Assembly (NCBI GenBank): GCA_964016885.1
Contig: OZ024745.1
Span: 9,734,001 to 9,798,000 of the forward strand
DNA length: 64,000 nucleotides
Direction of reading: 5' to 3'
Source: Eledone cirrhosa
Taxonomy: Eukaryota
A model generated the notes under the pieces. It searched no databases, was not told where the DNA came from, and worked only from the letters and a program-made list of their open reading frames with translations. Each line of letters starts with the position of its first letter. Within the stretch, counting starts at the first letter, position 1. The translations under genes and the position numbers were made by a program. Below are positions 14,101 through 26,707 of the stretch, piece after piece.

Positions 14101-17100
14101 CTAACACCAACCACATTACAATGTGGACTGGGAGAAAGGTATCTACAGCTGGCTGTCCTTCCTAACACCAACCACATTACAGTGTGGACTGGGAGACAGG
14201 TATCTACAGCTGGCTGTCCTTCCTAACACCAACCACACTACAGTGTGGACTGGGAGACAGGTATCTATAGCTGGCTGTCCTTCCTAACACCAACCACACT
14301 ACAGTGTGGACTGGGAGACAGGTATCTACAGCTGGCTGTCCTTCCTAACACCAACCACACTACAGTGTGGACTGGGAGACAGGTATCTACAGCTGGCTGT
14401 CCTTCCTAACACCAACCACATTACAGTGTGGACTGGGAGACAGGTATCTACAGCTGGCTGTCCTTCCTAACACCAACCACACTACAGTGTGGACTGGGAG
14501 ACAGGTTTCTACAGCTGGCTGTCCTTCCTAACACCAACCACACTACAGTGTGGACTGGGAGAAATGTATCTACAGCTGGCTGTCCTTCCTAACACCAACC
14601 ACATTACAGTGTGGACTGGGAGACAGGTTTCTACAGCTGGCTGTCCTACCTAACACCAACCACACTACAGTGTGGACTGGGAGAAAGGTATCTACAGCTG
14701 GCTGTCCTTCCTAACACCAACCACATTACAGTGTGGACTGGGAGACAGGTATCTACAGCTGGCTGTCCTTCCTAACACCAACCACATTACAGTGTGGACT
14801 GGGAGACAGGTATCTACAGCTGGCTGTCCTTGCTAACACCAACCACACTACAGTGTGGACTGGGAGAAAGGTATCTACAGCTGGCTGTCCTTCCTAACAC
14901 CAACCACATTACAGTATGGACTGGGAGACAGGTATCTACAGCTGGCTGTCCTACCTAACACCAACCACACTACAGTGTGGACTGGGAGAAAGGTATCTAC
15001 AGCTGGCTGTCCTTCCTAACACCAACCACATTACAGTGTGGACTGGGAGAAAGGTATCTACAGCTGGCTGTCCTTCCTAACACCAACCACATTACAGTGT
15101 GGACTGGGAGACAGGTATCTACAGCTGGCTGTCCTTCCTAACACCAACCACACTACAGTGTGGACTGGGAGACAGGTATCTACAGCTGGCTGTCCTTGCT
15201 AACACCAACCACACTACAGTGTGGACTGGGAGAAAGGTTTCTACAGCTGGCTGTCCTTCCTAACACCAACCACATTACAGTGTGGACTGGGAGATAGGTA
15301 TCTACAGCTGGCTGTCCTACCTAACACCAACCACACTACAGTGTGGACTGGGAGAAAGGTATCTACAGCTGGCTGTCCTTCCTAACACCAACCACACTAC
15401 TGTGTGGACTGGGAGAAAGGTATCTACAGCTGGCTGTCCTTGCTAACACCAACCACACTACAGTGTGGACTGGGAGAAAGGTATCTACAGCTGGCTGTCC
15501 TTCCTAACACCAACCACATTACAGTGTGGACTGGGAGAAAGGTATCTACAGCTGGCTGTCCTTCCTAACACCAACCACATTACAGTGTGGACTGGGAGAA
15601 AGGTATCTACAGCTGGCTGTCCTTCCTAACACCAACCACATTACAGTGTGGACTGGGAGACAGGTTTCTACAGCTGGCTGTCCTTCCTAACACCAACCAC
15701 ACTACAGTGTGGACTGGGAGACAGGTATCTACAGCTGGCTGTCCTTCCTAACACCAACCACATTACAATGTGGACTGGGAGAAAGGTATCTACAGCTGGC
15801 TGTCCTTCCTAACACCAACCACATTACAGTGTGGACTGGGAGACAGGTATCTACAGCTGGCTGTCCTTCCTAACACCAACCACATTACAGTGTGGACTGG
15901 GAGACAGGTATCTACAGCTGGCTGTCCTTCCTAACACCAACCACACTACAGTGTGGACTGGGAGACAGGTTTCTACAGCTGGCTGTCCTACCTAACACCA
16001 ACCACACTAGAGTGTGGACTGGGAGACAGGTTTCTACAGCTGGCTGTCCTACCTAACACCAACCACACTACAGTGTGGACTGGGAGACAGGTTTCTACAG
16101 CTGGCTGTCCTTCCTAACACCAACCACATTACAGTGTGGACTGGGAGACAGGTTTCTACAGCTGGCTGTCCTTCCTAACACCAACCACACTACAGTATTG
16201 ACTGGGAGACAGGTATCTACAGCTGGCTGTCCTTCCTAACACCAACCACATTACAGTGTGGACTGGGAGACAGGTATCTACAGCTGGCTGTCCTTCCCAA
16301 CACCAACCACACTACAGTGTGGACTGGGAGACAGGTATCTACAGCTGGATGTCCTTCCTAACACCAACCACATTACAATGTGGACTGGGAGAAAGGTATC
16401 TACAGCTGGCTGTCCTTCCTAACACCAACCACATTACAGTGTGGACAGGGAGACAGGTATCTACAGCTGGCTGTCCTTCCTAACACCAACCACATTACAG
16501 TGTGGACTGGGAAACAGGTATCTACAGCTGGCTGTCCTTCCTAACACCAACCCCACAACAGTGTGGACTGGGAGACAGGTATCTACAGCTGGCTGTCCTT
16601 CCTAACACCAACCACACTACAGTGTGGACTGGGAGACAGATATCTACAGCTGGCTGTCCTTCCTAACACCAACCACACTACAGTGTGGACAGGGAGACAG
16701 GTATCTACAGCTGGCTGTCCTTCCTAACACCAACCACACTACAGTGTGGACTGGGAGACAGGTATCTACAGCTGGCTGTCCTTCCTAACACCAACCACAT
16801 TACAGTGTGGACTGGGAGACAGGTTTCTTCAGCTGGCTGTCCTTCCTAACACCAACCACACTACAGTGTGGACTGGGAGACAGGTATCTACAGCTGGCTG
16901 TCCTTCCTAACACCAACCACATTACAGTGTGGACTGGGAGAAAGGTATCTACAGCTGGCTGTCCTTCCTAACACCAACCACACTACAGTATTGACTGGGA
17001 GACAGGTTTCTACAGCTGGCTGTCCTTCCCAACACCAACCACACTACAGTGTGGACTGGGAGAAAGGTATCTACAACTGGCTGTCCTTCCTAACACCAAC

Positions 17101-20100
17101 CACATTACAGTGTGGACTGGGAGACAGGTTTCTACAGCTGGCTGTCCTTCCTAACACCAACCACACTACAGTGTGGACTGGGAGAAAGGTATCTACAGCT
17201 GGCTGTCCTTCCTAACACCAACCACATTACAGTGTGGACTGGGAGAAAGGTATCTTCAGCTGGCTGTCCTTCCTAACACCAACCACATTACAGTGTGGAC
17301 TGGGAGACAGGTATCTACAACTGGCTGTCCTTCCCAACACCAACCACACTACAGTGTGGACTGGGAGACAGGTATCTACAGCTGGCTGTCCTTCCTAACA
17401 CCAACCACACTACAGTGTGGACTGAGAGACAGGTATCTACAGCTGGCTGTCCTTCCTAACACCAACCACATTACAGTGTGGACTGGGAGAAAGGTATCTA
17501 CAGCTGGCTGTCCTTCCTAACACCAACCACATTACAGTGTGGACTGGGAGACAGGTATCTACAACTGGCTGTCCTTCCCAACACCAACCACACTACAGTG
17601 TGGACTGGGAGACAGGTATCTACAGCTGGCTGTCCTTCCTAACACCAACCACACTACAGTGTGGACTGAGAGACAGGTATCTACAGCTGGCTGTCCTTCC
17701 TAACACCAACCACATTACAGTGTGGACTGGGAGAAAGGTATCTACAGCTGGCTGTCCTTCCTAACACCAACCACATTACAGTGTGGACTGGGAGACAGGT
17801 TTCTACAGCTGGCTGTCCTTCCTAACACCAACCACATTACAGTGTGGACTGGGAGACAGGTTTCTACAGCTGGCTGTCCTTCCTAACACCAACCAACTAC
17901 AGTGTGGACTGGGAGACAGGTATCTACAGCTGGCTGTCCTTCCTAACACCAACCACACTACAGTGTGGACAGGGAGAAAGGTTTCTACAGCTGGCTGTCC
18001 TTCCTAACACCAACCACACTACAGTGTGGACTGGGAGACAGGTTTCTACAGCTGGCTGTCCTTCCTAACACCAACCACACTACAGTGTGGACTGGGAGAC
18101 AGGTTTCTACAGCTGGCTGACCTTCCTAACACCAACCACACTACAGTGTGGACTGGGAGACAGGTTTCTACAGCTGGCTGTCCTTCCTAACACCAACCAC
18201 ACTACAGTGTGGACTGGGAGACAGGTATCTACAGCTGGCTGTCCTTCCTAACACCAACCACACTACAGTGTGGACAGGGAGAAAGGTTTCTACAGCTGGC
18301 TGTCCTTCCTAACACCAACCACACTACAGTGTGGACTGGGAGACAGGTTTCTACAGCTGGCTGTCCTTCCTAACACCAACCACACTACAGTGTGGACTGG
18401 GAGACAGGTTTCTACAGCTGGCTGTCCTTCCTAACACCAACCACATTACAGTGTGGACTGGGAGACAGGTTTCTACAGCTGGCTGTCCTTCCTAACACCA
18501 ACCACACTACAGTGTGGACTGGGAGACAGGTTTCTACAGCTGGCTGTCCTTCCTAACACCAACCACATTACAGTGTGGACTGGGAGACAGGTTTCTACAG
18601 CTGGCTGTCCTTCCTAACACCAACCACACTACAGTGTGGACTGGGAGACAGGTTTCTACAGCTGGCTGTCCTTCCTAACACCAACCACACTACAGTGTGG
18701 ACTGGGAGACAGGTTTCTACAGCTGGCTGTCCTTCCTAACACCAACCACATTACAGTGTGGACTGGGAGACAGGTTTCTACAGCTGGCTGTCCTTCCTAA
18801 CACCAACCACACTACAGTGTGGACTGGGAGACAGGTTTCTACAGCTGGCTGTCCTTCCCAACACCAACCACATTACAGTGTGGACTGGGAGAAAGGTATC
18901 TACAACTGGCTGTCCTTCCTAACACCAACCACATTACAGTGTGGACTGGGAGACAGGTTTCTACAGCTGGCTGTCCTTCCTAACACCAACCACATTACAA
19001 TGTGGACTGGGAGAAAGGTATCTACAGCTGGCTGTCCTTCCTAACACCAACCACACTACAGTGTGGACTGGGAGACAGGTATCTACAGCTGGCTGTCCTT
19101 CCTAACACCAACCACATTACAATGTGGACTGGAAGAAAGGTATCTACAGCTGGCTGTCCTTCCTAACACCAACCACACTACAGTGTGGACTGGGAGACAG
19201 GTATCTACAGCTGGCTGTCCTTCCTAACACCAACCACACTACAGTGTGGACTGGGAGACAGGTATCTACAGCTGGCTGTCCTTCCTAACACCAACCACAC
19301 TACAGTGTGGACTGGGAGACAGGTATCTACAGCTGGCTGTCCTTCATAACACCAACCACATTACAGTGTGGACTGGGAGACAGGTATCTACAGCTGGCTG
19401 TCCTTCCTAACACCAACCACACTACAGTGTGGACTGGGAGACAGGTTTCTACAGCTGGCTGTCCTTCCCAACACCAACCACACTACCGTGTGGACTGGGA
19501 GACAGGTTTCTACAGCTGGCTGTCCTTCCCAACACCAACCACATTACAGTGTGGACTGGGAGACAGGTATCTACAGCAGGCTGTCCTTCCTAACACCAAC
19601 CACACTACAGTGTGGACTGAGAGACAGGTATCTACAGCTGGCTGTCCTCCCTAACACCAACCACATTACAGTGTGGACTGGGAGAAAGGTATCTACAGCT
19701 GGCTGTCCTTCCTAACACCAACCACATTACAGTGTGGACTGGGAGACAGGTTTCTACAGCTGGCTGTCCTTCCTAACACCAACCACACTACAGTGTGGAC
19801 TGGGAGACAGGTTTCTACAGCTGGCTGTCCTTCCTAACACCAACCAACTACAGTGTGGACTGGGAGACAGGTATCTACAGCTGGCTGTCCTTCCTAACAC
19901 CAACCACACTACAGTGTGGACAGGGAGAAAGGTTTCTACAGCTGGCTGTCCTTCCTAACACCAACCACACTACAGTGTGGACTGGGAGACAGGTTTCTAC
20001 AGCTGGCTGTCCTTCCTAACACCAACCACACTACAGTGTGGACTGGGAGACAGGTTTCTACAGCTGGCTGACCTTCCTAACACCAACAACACTACAGTGT

Positions 20101-23100
20101 GGACTGGGAGACAGGTTTCTACAGCTGGCTGTCCTTCCTAACACCAACCACACTACAGTGTGGACTGGGAGACAGGTATCTACAGCTGGCTGACCTTCCT
20201 AACACCAACCACACTACAGTCTGGACAGGGAGAAAGGTTTCTACAGCTGGCTGTCCTTCCTAACACCAACCACACTACAGTGTGGACTGGGAGACAGGTT
20301 TCTACAGCTGGCTGTCCTTCCTAACACCAACCACACTACAGTGTGGACTGGGAGACAGGTTTCTACAGCTGGCTGTCCTTCCTAACACCAACCACATTAC
20401 AGTGTGGACTGGGAGACAGGTTTCTACAGCTGGCTGTCCTTCCTAACACCAACCACATTACAGTGTGGACTGGGAGACAGGTATCTACAGCTGGCTGTCC
20501 TTCCTAACACCAACCACACTACAGTGTGGACTGGGAGACAGGTTTCTACAGCTGGCTGTCCTTCCTAACACCAACCACACTACAGTGTGGACTGGGAGAC
20601 AGGTATCTACAGCTGGCTGTCCTTCCTAACACCAACCAACTACAGTGTGGACTGGAAGACAGGTATCTACAGCTCTACAGCTGGCTGTCCTTCCTAACAC
20701 CAACCACACTATAGTGTGGACTGGGAGACAGGTTTCTACAGCTGGCTGTCCTTCCTAACACCAACCACACTACAGTGTGGACTGGGAGACAGGTTTCTAC
20801 AGCTGGCTGTCCTTCCCAACACCAACAACACTACAGTGTGGACTGGGAGAAAGGTATCTACAACTGGCTGTCCTTCCTAACACCAACCACATTACAGTGT
20901 GGACTGGGAGACAGGTTTCTACAGCTGGCTGTCCTTCCTAACACCAACCACATTACAATGTGGACTGGGAGAAAGGTATCTACAGCTGGCTGTCCTTCCT
21001 AACACCAACCACACTACAGTGTGGACTGGGAGACAGGTATCTACAGCTGGCTGTCCTTCCTAACACCAACCACATTACAATGTGGACTGGGAGAAAGGTA
21101 TCTACAGCTGGCTGTCCTTCCTAACACCAACCACACTACAGTGTGGACTGGGAGACAGGTATCTACAGCTGGCTGTCCTTCCTAACACCAACCACACTAC
21201 AGTGTGGACTGGGAGACAGGTATTTACAGCTGGCTGTCCTTCCTAACACCAACCATACTACAGTGTGGACTGGGAGACAGGTATCTACAGCTGGCTGTCC
21301 TTCCTAACACCAACCACATTACAGTGTGGACTGGGAGACAGGTATCTACAGCTGGCTGTCCTTCCTAACACCAACCACACTACAGTGTGGACTGGGAGAC
21401 AGGTTTCTACAGCTGGCTGTCCTTCCCAACACCAACCACACTACAGTGTGGACTGGGAGACAGGTTTCTACAGCTGGCTGTCCTTCCCAACACCAACCAC
21501 ATTACAGTGTGGACTGGGAGACAGGTATCTACAGCTGGCTGTCCTTCCTAATACCAACCACACTACAGTGTGGACTGAGAGACAGGTATCTACAGCTGGC
21601 TGTCCTTCCTAACACCAACCACATTACAGTGTGGACTGGGAGAAAGGTATCTACAGCTGGCTGTCCTTCCTAACACCAACCACATTACAGTGTGGACTGG
21701 GAGACAGGTTTCTACAGCTGGCTGTCCTTCCTAACACCAACCACACTACAGTGTGGACTGGGAGACAGGTTTCTACAGCTGGCTGTCCTTCCTAACACCA
21801 ACCAACTACAGTGTGGACTGGGAGACAGGTATCTACAGCTGGCTGTCCTTCCCAACACCAACCACACTACAGTGTGGACTGGGAGACAGGTTTCTACAGC
21901 TGGCTGTCCTTCCCAACACCAACCACATTACAGTGTGGACTGGGAGACAGGTATCTACAGCTGGCTGTCCTTCCTAATACCAACCACACTACAGTGTGGA
22001 CTGAGAGACAGGCATCTACAGCTGGCTGTCCTTCCTAACACCAACCACATTACAGTGTGGACTGGGAGAAAGGTATCTACAGCTGGCTGTCCTTCCTAAC
22101 ACCAACCACATTACAGTGTGGACTGGGAGACAGGTTTCTACAGCTGGCTGTCCTTCCTAACACCAACCACACTACAGTGTGGACTGGGAGACAGGTTTCT
22201 ACAGCTGGCTGTCCTTCCTAACACCAACCAACTACAGTGTGGACTGGGAGACAGGTATCTACAGCTGGCTGTCCTTCCTAACACCAACCACACTACAGTG
22301 TGGACAGGGAGAAAGGTTTCTACAGCTGGCTGTCCTTCCTAACACCAACCACACTACAGTGTGGACTGGGAGACAGGTTTCTACAGCTGGCTGTCCTTCC
22401 TAACACCAACCACACTACAGTGTGGACTGGGAGACAGGTTTCTACAGCTGGCTGACCTTCCTAACACCAACAACACTACAGTGTGGACTGGGAGACAGGT
22501 TTCTACAGCTGGCTGTCCTTCCTAACACCAACCACACTACAGTGTGGACTGGGAGACAGGTATCTACAGCTGGCTGTCCTTCCTAACACCAACCACACTA
22601 CAGTGTGGACAGGGAGAAAGGTTTCTACAGCTGGCTGTCCTTCCTAACACCAACCACACTACAGTGTGGACTGGGAGACAGGTTTCTACAGCTGGCTGTC
22701 CTTCCTAACACCAACCACATGACAGTGTGGACTGGGAGACAGGTTTCTACAGCTGGCTGTCCTTCCTAACACCAACCACATTACAGTGTGGACTGGGAGA
22801 CAGGTATCTACAGCTGGCTGTCCTTCCTAACACCAACCACACTACAGTGTGGACTGGGAGACAGGTTTCTACAGCTGGCTGTCCTTCCTAACACCAACCA
22901 CACTACAGTGTGGACTGGGAGACAGGTTTCTACAGCTGGCTGTCCTTCCTAACACCAACCACACTACAGTGTGGACTGGGAGACAGGTATCTACAGCTGG
23001 CTGTCCTTCCTAACACCAACCAACTACAGTGTGGACTGGAAGACAGGTATCTACAGCTCTACAGCTGGCTGTCCTTCCTAACACCAACCACACTACAGTG

Positions 23101-23407
23101 TGGACAGGGAGACAGGTTTCTACAGCTGGCTGTCCTTCCTAACAGCAACCACACTACAGTGTTGACTGGGAGACAGGTTTCTACAGCTGGCTGTCCTTCC
23201 TAACACCAACCACGTTACAGCGTGGACTGGGAGAAAGGTATCTACAGCTGGCTGTCCTTCCTAACACCAACCACACTACAGTGTTGACTGGGAGACAGGT
23301 ATCCACAGCTGGCTGTCCTTCCTAACACCAACCACATTACAGTGTGGACTGGGAGACAGGTATCTACAGCTGGCTGTCCTTCCTAACACCAACCACATTA
23401 CAGTGTG
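2186..23407. repeat. 61-bp satellite array, ~348 monomers, inside the last GNB5 intron
   Basis: Consensus TACAGTGTGGACTGGGAGA(C/A)AGGT(A/T)TCTACAGCTGGCTGTCCTTCCTAACACCAACCACA(C/T), head-to-tail. Copy number is span/61. Confidence 0.99.
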
Positions 23408-23800
23408 ACTATATTTATTTTTCTTAGAAACATCTACACACACTCTCATAACCAAACACATAACAAAGAAAATGTATATAATATCGTATGTATGTGTATA
23501 TTTGCATATAATACAGTATGTATATGTGTATATAATACAGAGTGAGCATAAAATATTTCCCTGATCATATAATACCATATCTCAGATACTATTTGAGATT
23601 TTACTTTTTCATTGTTTTAATTTATAAATTTCAAGTTTAAAGTTTTTCTGAACATGTTTGATATTTTCTCTTCTACAGGAAGTAGTTGTAATATTCTTAA
23701 TGAAGGTTTAATATACTTAATGAATGTTTATAATGAAGGAAAGACTTTATTCTCTCTCTGTATATGAGAGCATATGTGTATGTTTGTATATAATACTAAC

Positions 23801-23967
23801 CTTCAGTGTGTAATCCCAGCTACCAGTACACAGAGCTGTACCATCAGGTGATACACCAAGACAACTAACACGATTTTCATGACCGTACAATACACATATA
23901 CGGTTGCTCTTCAGGACGTCCCATATATTTACAGTATAATCGTTATATCCAGTAAATAGTAATCGAC
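23801..23967 (-). CDS. GNB5: GNB5-like penultimate coding exon
   Basis: (G)[55 protein letters not shown]. Acceptor TATAG, donor GTTAGT; 167 nt, ends phase 0. Confidence 0.95.
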
Positions 23968-24331
23968 CTATACACCAGAGAGAAAAACCCATAGTAAGGA
24001 ATATGATTGAAGGAAAAGACAATTAAATAAACATAAATAATTATTAGAATTTAATCAAAATATTAAACAATTTAGTCAGATATTAAAGAGAGACATCATA
24101 TTTTGTAGGTTTTAGATAATAGAAAATAATTTATTTTCAGAAAGATAAAAATAATAATAATAATAAATCATTGTGTACAATGCTCAGATGCATTACTAAG
24201 TTGTAAGATTCATTATGAAAAATCATTTGATAAAATTATATTTATTGATGGATGGAACCAGTGAATGACTATTTATTCTATAAATATGGGATGTAATTAA
24301 AATTTTCCAAACTCCCCAAATGGATACTTAC

Positions 24332-24428
24332 CACTTAATGAGAATCCTACAGAGTTACAACCAAAAATAATGCTTTCTTTTTTATAGCAATTTACTTCTC
24401 GGTCAGCTCGTAAATCAAACAAACGACA
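24332..24428 (-). CDS. GNB5: GNB5-like coding exon
   Basis: [33 protein letters not shown], matching Gbeta5 [23 protein letters not shown]. Acceptor TTTTGCAG, donor GTAAGT; 97 nt. Confidence 0.94.
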
Positions 24429-24596
24429 CTGCAAAAAGAAATATTTTTTTGACATAAGTCTTCTTACAAGTAAGACTGCAAATTGCTGGGTAGATTAGGT
24501 ATTAGGTCTGTAGTTTCTATCAAGTAACAGAACTGTTGTCTTCTCAGTCTAGGTCTAACCAATAGGCTAAACTCAGATAGAATAGAAACTGTTGTC

Positions 24597-24923
24597 CAGA
24601 GGTTCTCAAAATAGGGGCTACTACCCCCTGGGGGCATTGAGAAGGTCCAAGGGGGCGCTGGGCCTAAGGAGTCGCTACAGATGATATAATAATATATTAA
24701 ATATCAATTGATACATATTATAAATATAGTGAAATAAAAAATATATAATATTTATTTATACATAGTATATATATTATTTATTATATATAGATTAACAATT
24801 TTATTTATCATATATTATTTACAATTTGCATGTAGGTAGTTCTTGCTAGAAATAGGGGTGAGGACTCTGAGGTTATTATGTGGCCGTAGGTGGGGCATGA
24901 CTCAAAAAGTTTGAGAACCTCTG
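24597..24923. mobile_element. hAT-like MITE
   Basis: Perfect 14-bp TIR CAGAGGTTCTCAAA...TTTGAGAACCTCTG with G/C-rich subtermini and an AT-rich interior; no clean 8-bp TSD. Confidence 0.8.
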
Positions 24924-25005
24924 TCATAGTCTGAGTCTAACCAATAGACTAAACCCAGACAGAATAGAAAAATAGAAGATGAAGGAAAGAAAGCAAGTGG
25001 TTTAC

Positions 25006-25146
25006 CGTTGCATCATCAGAACCAGTAGCAAATGCATCTCCACTGGGATAGAACCTGACTGAATTGATGTCATTTTCATGGCCTTCAAATACTTGGGTAC
25101 ATTCACCAGTTCTTATGTCCCATATCATTGCAACTTTATCACAACC
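25006..25146 (-). CDS. GNB5: GNB5-like coding exon
   Basis: [47 protein letters not shown]. Acceptor TTTCACAG, donor GTAAA; 141 nt; lies within ORF 24949..25182. Confidence 0.95.
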
Positions 25147-25170
25147 CTGTGAAATATAGAGAGAAGATAT

Positions 25171-25892
25171 CATCATCATCACTGTTTAACATCTATACTC
25201 TATGTTCCCATAGGTTAGACAAGCTGTCATGTTACGTGGATAATCAGGTCAGCTGACCATATCATGCTCATATATCAAGTCAGCTGACCACATCTTGCTC
25301 ATATATCAGGTCAGGTGACCACATCTTGCTCATATATCAGGTCAGCTGACCACATCTTGCTCATATATCAGGTCAGGTGACCACATCTTGCTCATATATC
25401 AGGTCAGCTGACCATATCTTGCTCATATATCAGGTCAGGTGACCACATCTTGCTCATATATCAGGTCAGCTGACCACATCTTGCTCATATATCAGGTCAG
25501 CTGACCACATCTTGCTCATATATCAGGTCAGGTGACCACATCTTGCTCATATATCAGGTCAGCTGACCACATCTTGCTCATATAAGGTCAGCTGACCACA
25601 TCTTGCTCATATATCAGGTCAGCTGACCACATCTTGCTCATATATCAAGTCAGGTGACCACATCTTGCTCATATATCAGGTCAGCTGACCATATTTTGCT
25701 CATATATCAGGTCAGCTGACCATATTTTGCTCATATATCAGGTCACCTGACCACATCTTGCTCAGATGCTCTGTTTTTAACTTGGTCTTCTATGGTTTGA
25801 TACTTCTTCTAATGCCAACCATTTCATGGCAAGGTTTGTTGTCTCATGACACCTAACAGAGTGTACTAGGAGCTTTTTTCATGGTACCAGCA
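25171..25892 (-). mobile_element. Second copy of the same RTE-tailed element, internally expanded by the 31-bp minisatellite
   Basis: On + it reads (CAT)n-CACTGTTTAAC...GGTTAGAC...[GGTCAGCTGACC array]...TTCTATGG...CTAATGCCAACC...GTGTACTAGGAGCTTTTTTCATGGTACCAGCA, in the same order as 1481-1673. Confidence 0.75.
25244..25764. repeat. 31-bp minisatellite, ~17 copies
   Basis: Unit TCAGGTCAG(C/G)TGACCACATCTTGCTCATATA; contains the 12-bp palindrome GGTCAGCTGACC. Confidence 0.97.
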
Positions 25893-26125
25893 TTAATACC
25901 TTATAAGGTTGACTGAGTGATTTTAAATACAGCTTGGCAATAATTAATAGATTATAAGTATGTATTTCTATTTAATCTTATATATTTGTTATATGACAAT
26001 AAAAATGCTTTTTCTTTATTGAAAAAAAATACATTTATGTCTACAGAATAATATTTTCTGGAAAGAAATCTGTTTTTATTTATTTATTTTTATCCCCACC
26101 CGAAAAAAATTAAAAAAGTACTTAC

Positions 26126-26269
26126 TCCGGATACAAACTGGTTTCCAGTTTCTGAAGGGGAAAGATCAATGCTCATAACATCTCCAGCATGTCCATGAAA
26201 ACTCTGAATCAATTGGCCACTTTCAACATCCCACAATGCACATGTGCTGTCTCCACTTCCTGTGAGAAT
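26126..26269 (-). CDS. GNB5: GNB5-like coding exon
   Basis: [48 protein letters not shown]; the PSETGN motif is characteristic of Gbeta5 rather than Gbeta1-4. AG/GTAAG boundaries; 144 nt. Confidence 0.95.
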
Positions 26270-26480
26270 CTATTTAAAATATATATATATATATATATCA
26301 TATATTACTTTACATATTTTATATGAAAATCTTTTTTCAAAATTTTATTTTTATCAGATAAATTATGGATTATAGTTTAAAATATAACTCAAATCTCAAA
26401 ACTATATTCTATCCTTAAATGGTATATTAAGTTGTGTTAAGTAACTGAAATACATAAAGTTATATCTGTATATAATAAAT

Positions 26481-26598
26481 AATTGTTTCTACTTTTGGCA
26501 CAAGGCCAGCAATTATCCCAGTGTATTACTGGTACTTTATTTTATCGACCCCCCTTAAGGATGAAAGGCAAAGTTAACCTCGGCAGGATTTGAACTCA
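26481..26598 (-). mobile_element. 5'-truncated copy of the same SINE
   Basis: Highly similar to 27107-27222; retains box B GAGTTCAAATCC and lacks the box A head. Confidence 0.8.
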
Positions 26599-26707
26599 AT
26601 AATGAAATATATATATATCTGTAAAAGGTAACCAGAAATAAAAACACAATCAGTACAGTATATGGAAGGGATATATTAGGTTAACGCTTGATATAGCAGG
26701 AAGACGG

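Noticed and set aside
2122-23578. Numerous MDWETG/MWTGRQ ORFs
   Set aside because: They are translations of the 61-bp satellite with GTG starts and periodic stops.
23747-23800. Read-through C-terminus [17 protein letters not shown] of ORF 23747..24022
   Set aside because: It begins at a GTTAGT donor and is low-complexity intron sequence; the conserved VWA* exon exists at 1310-1321.
24344-24349. SVGFSLSG in place of the vertebrate Gbeta5 SVDFSLSG as a sign of pseudogenisation
   Set aside because: It is a single substitution at a position that varies among Gbeta paralogues; all exons are stop-free with intact phases.
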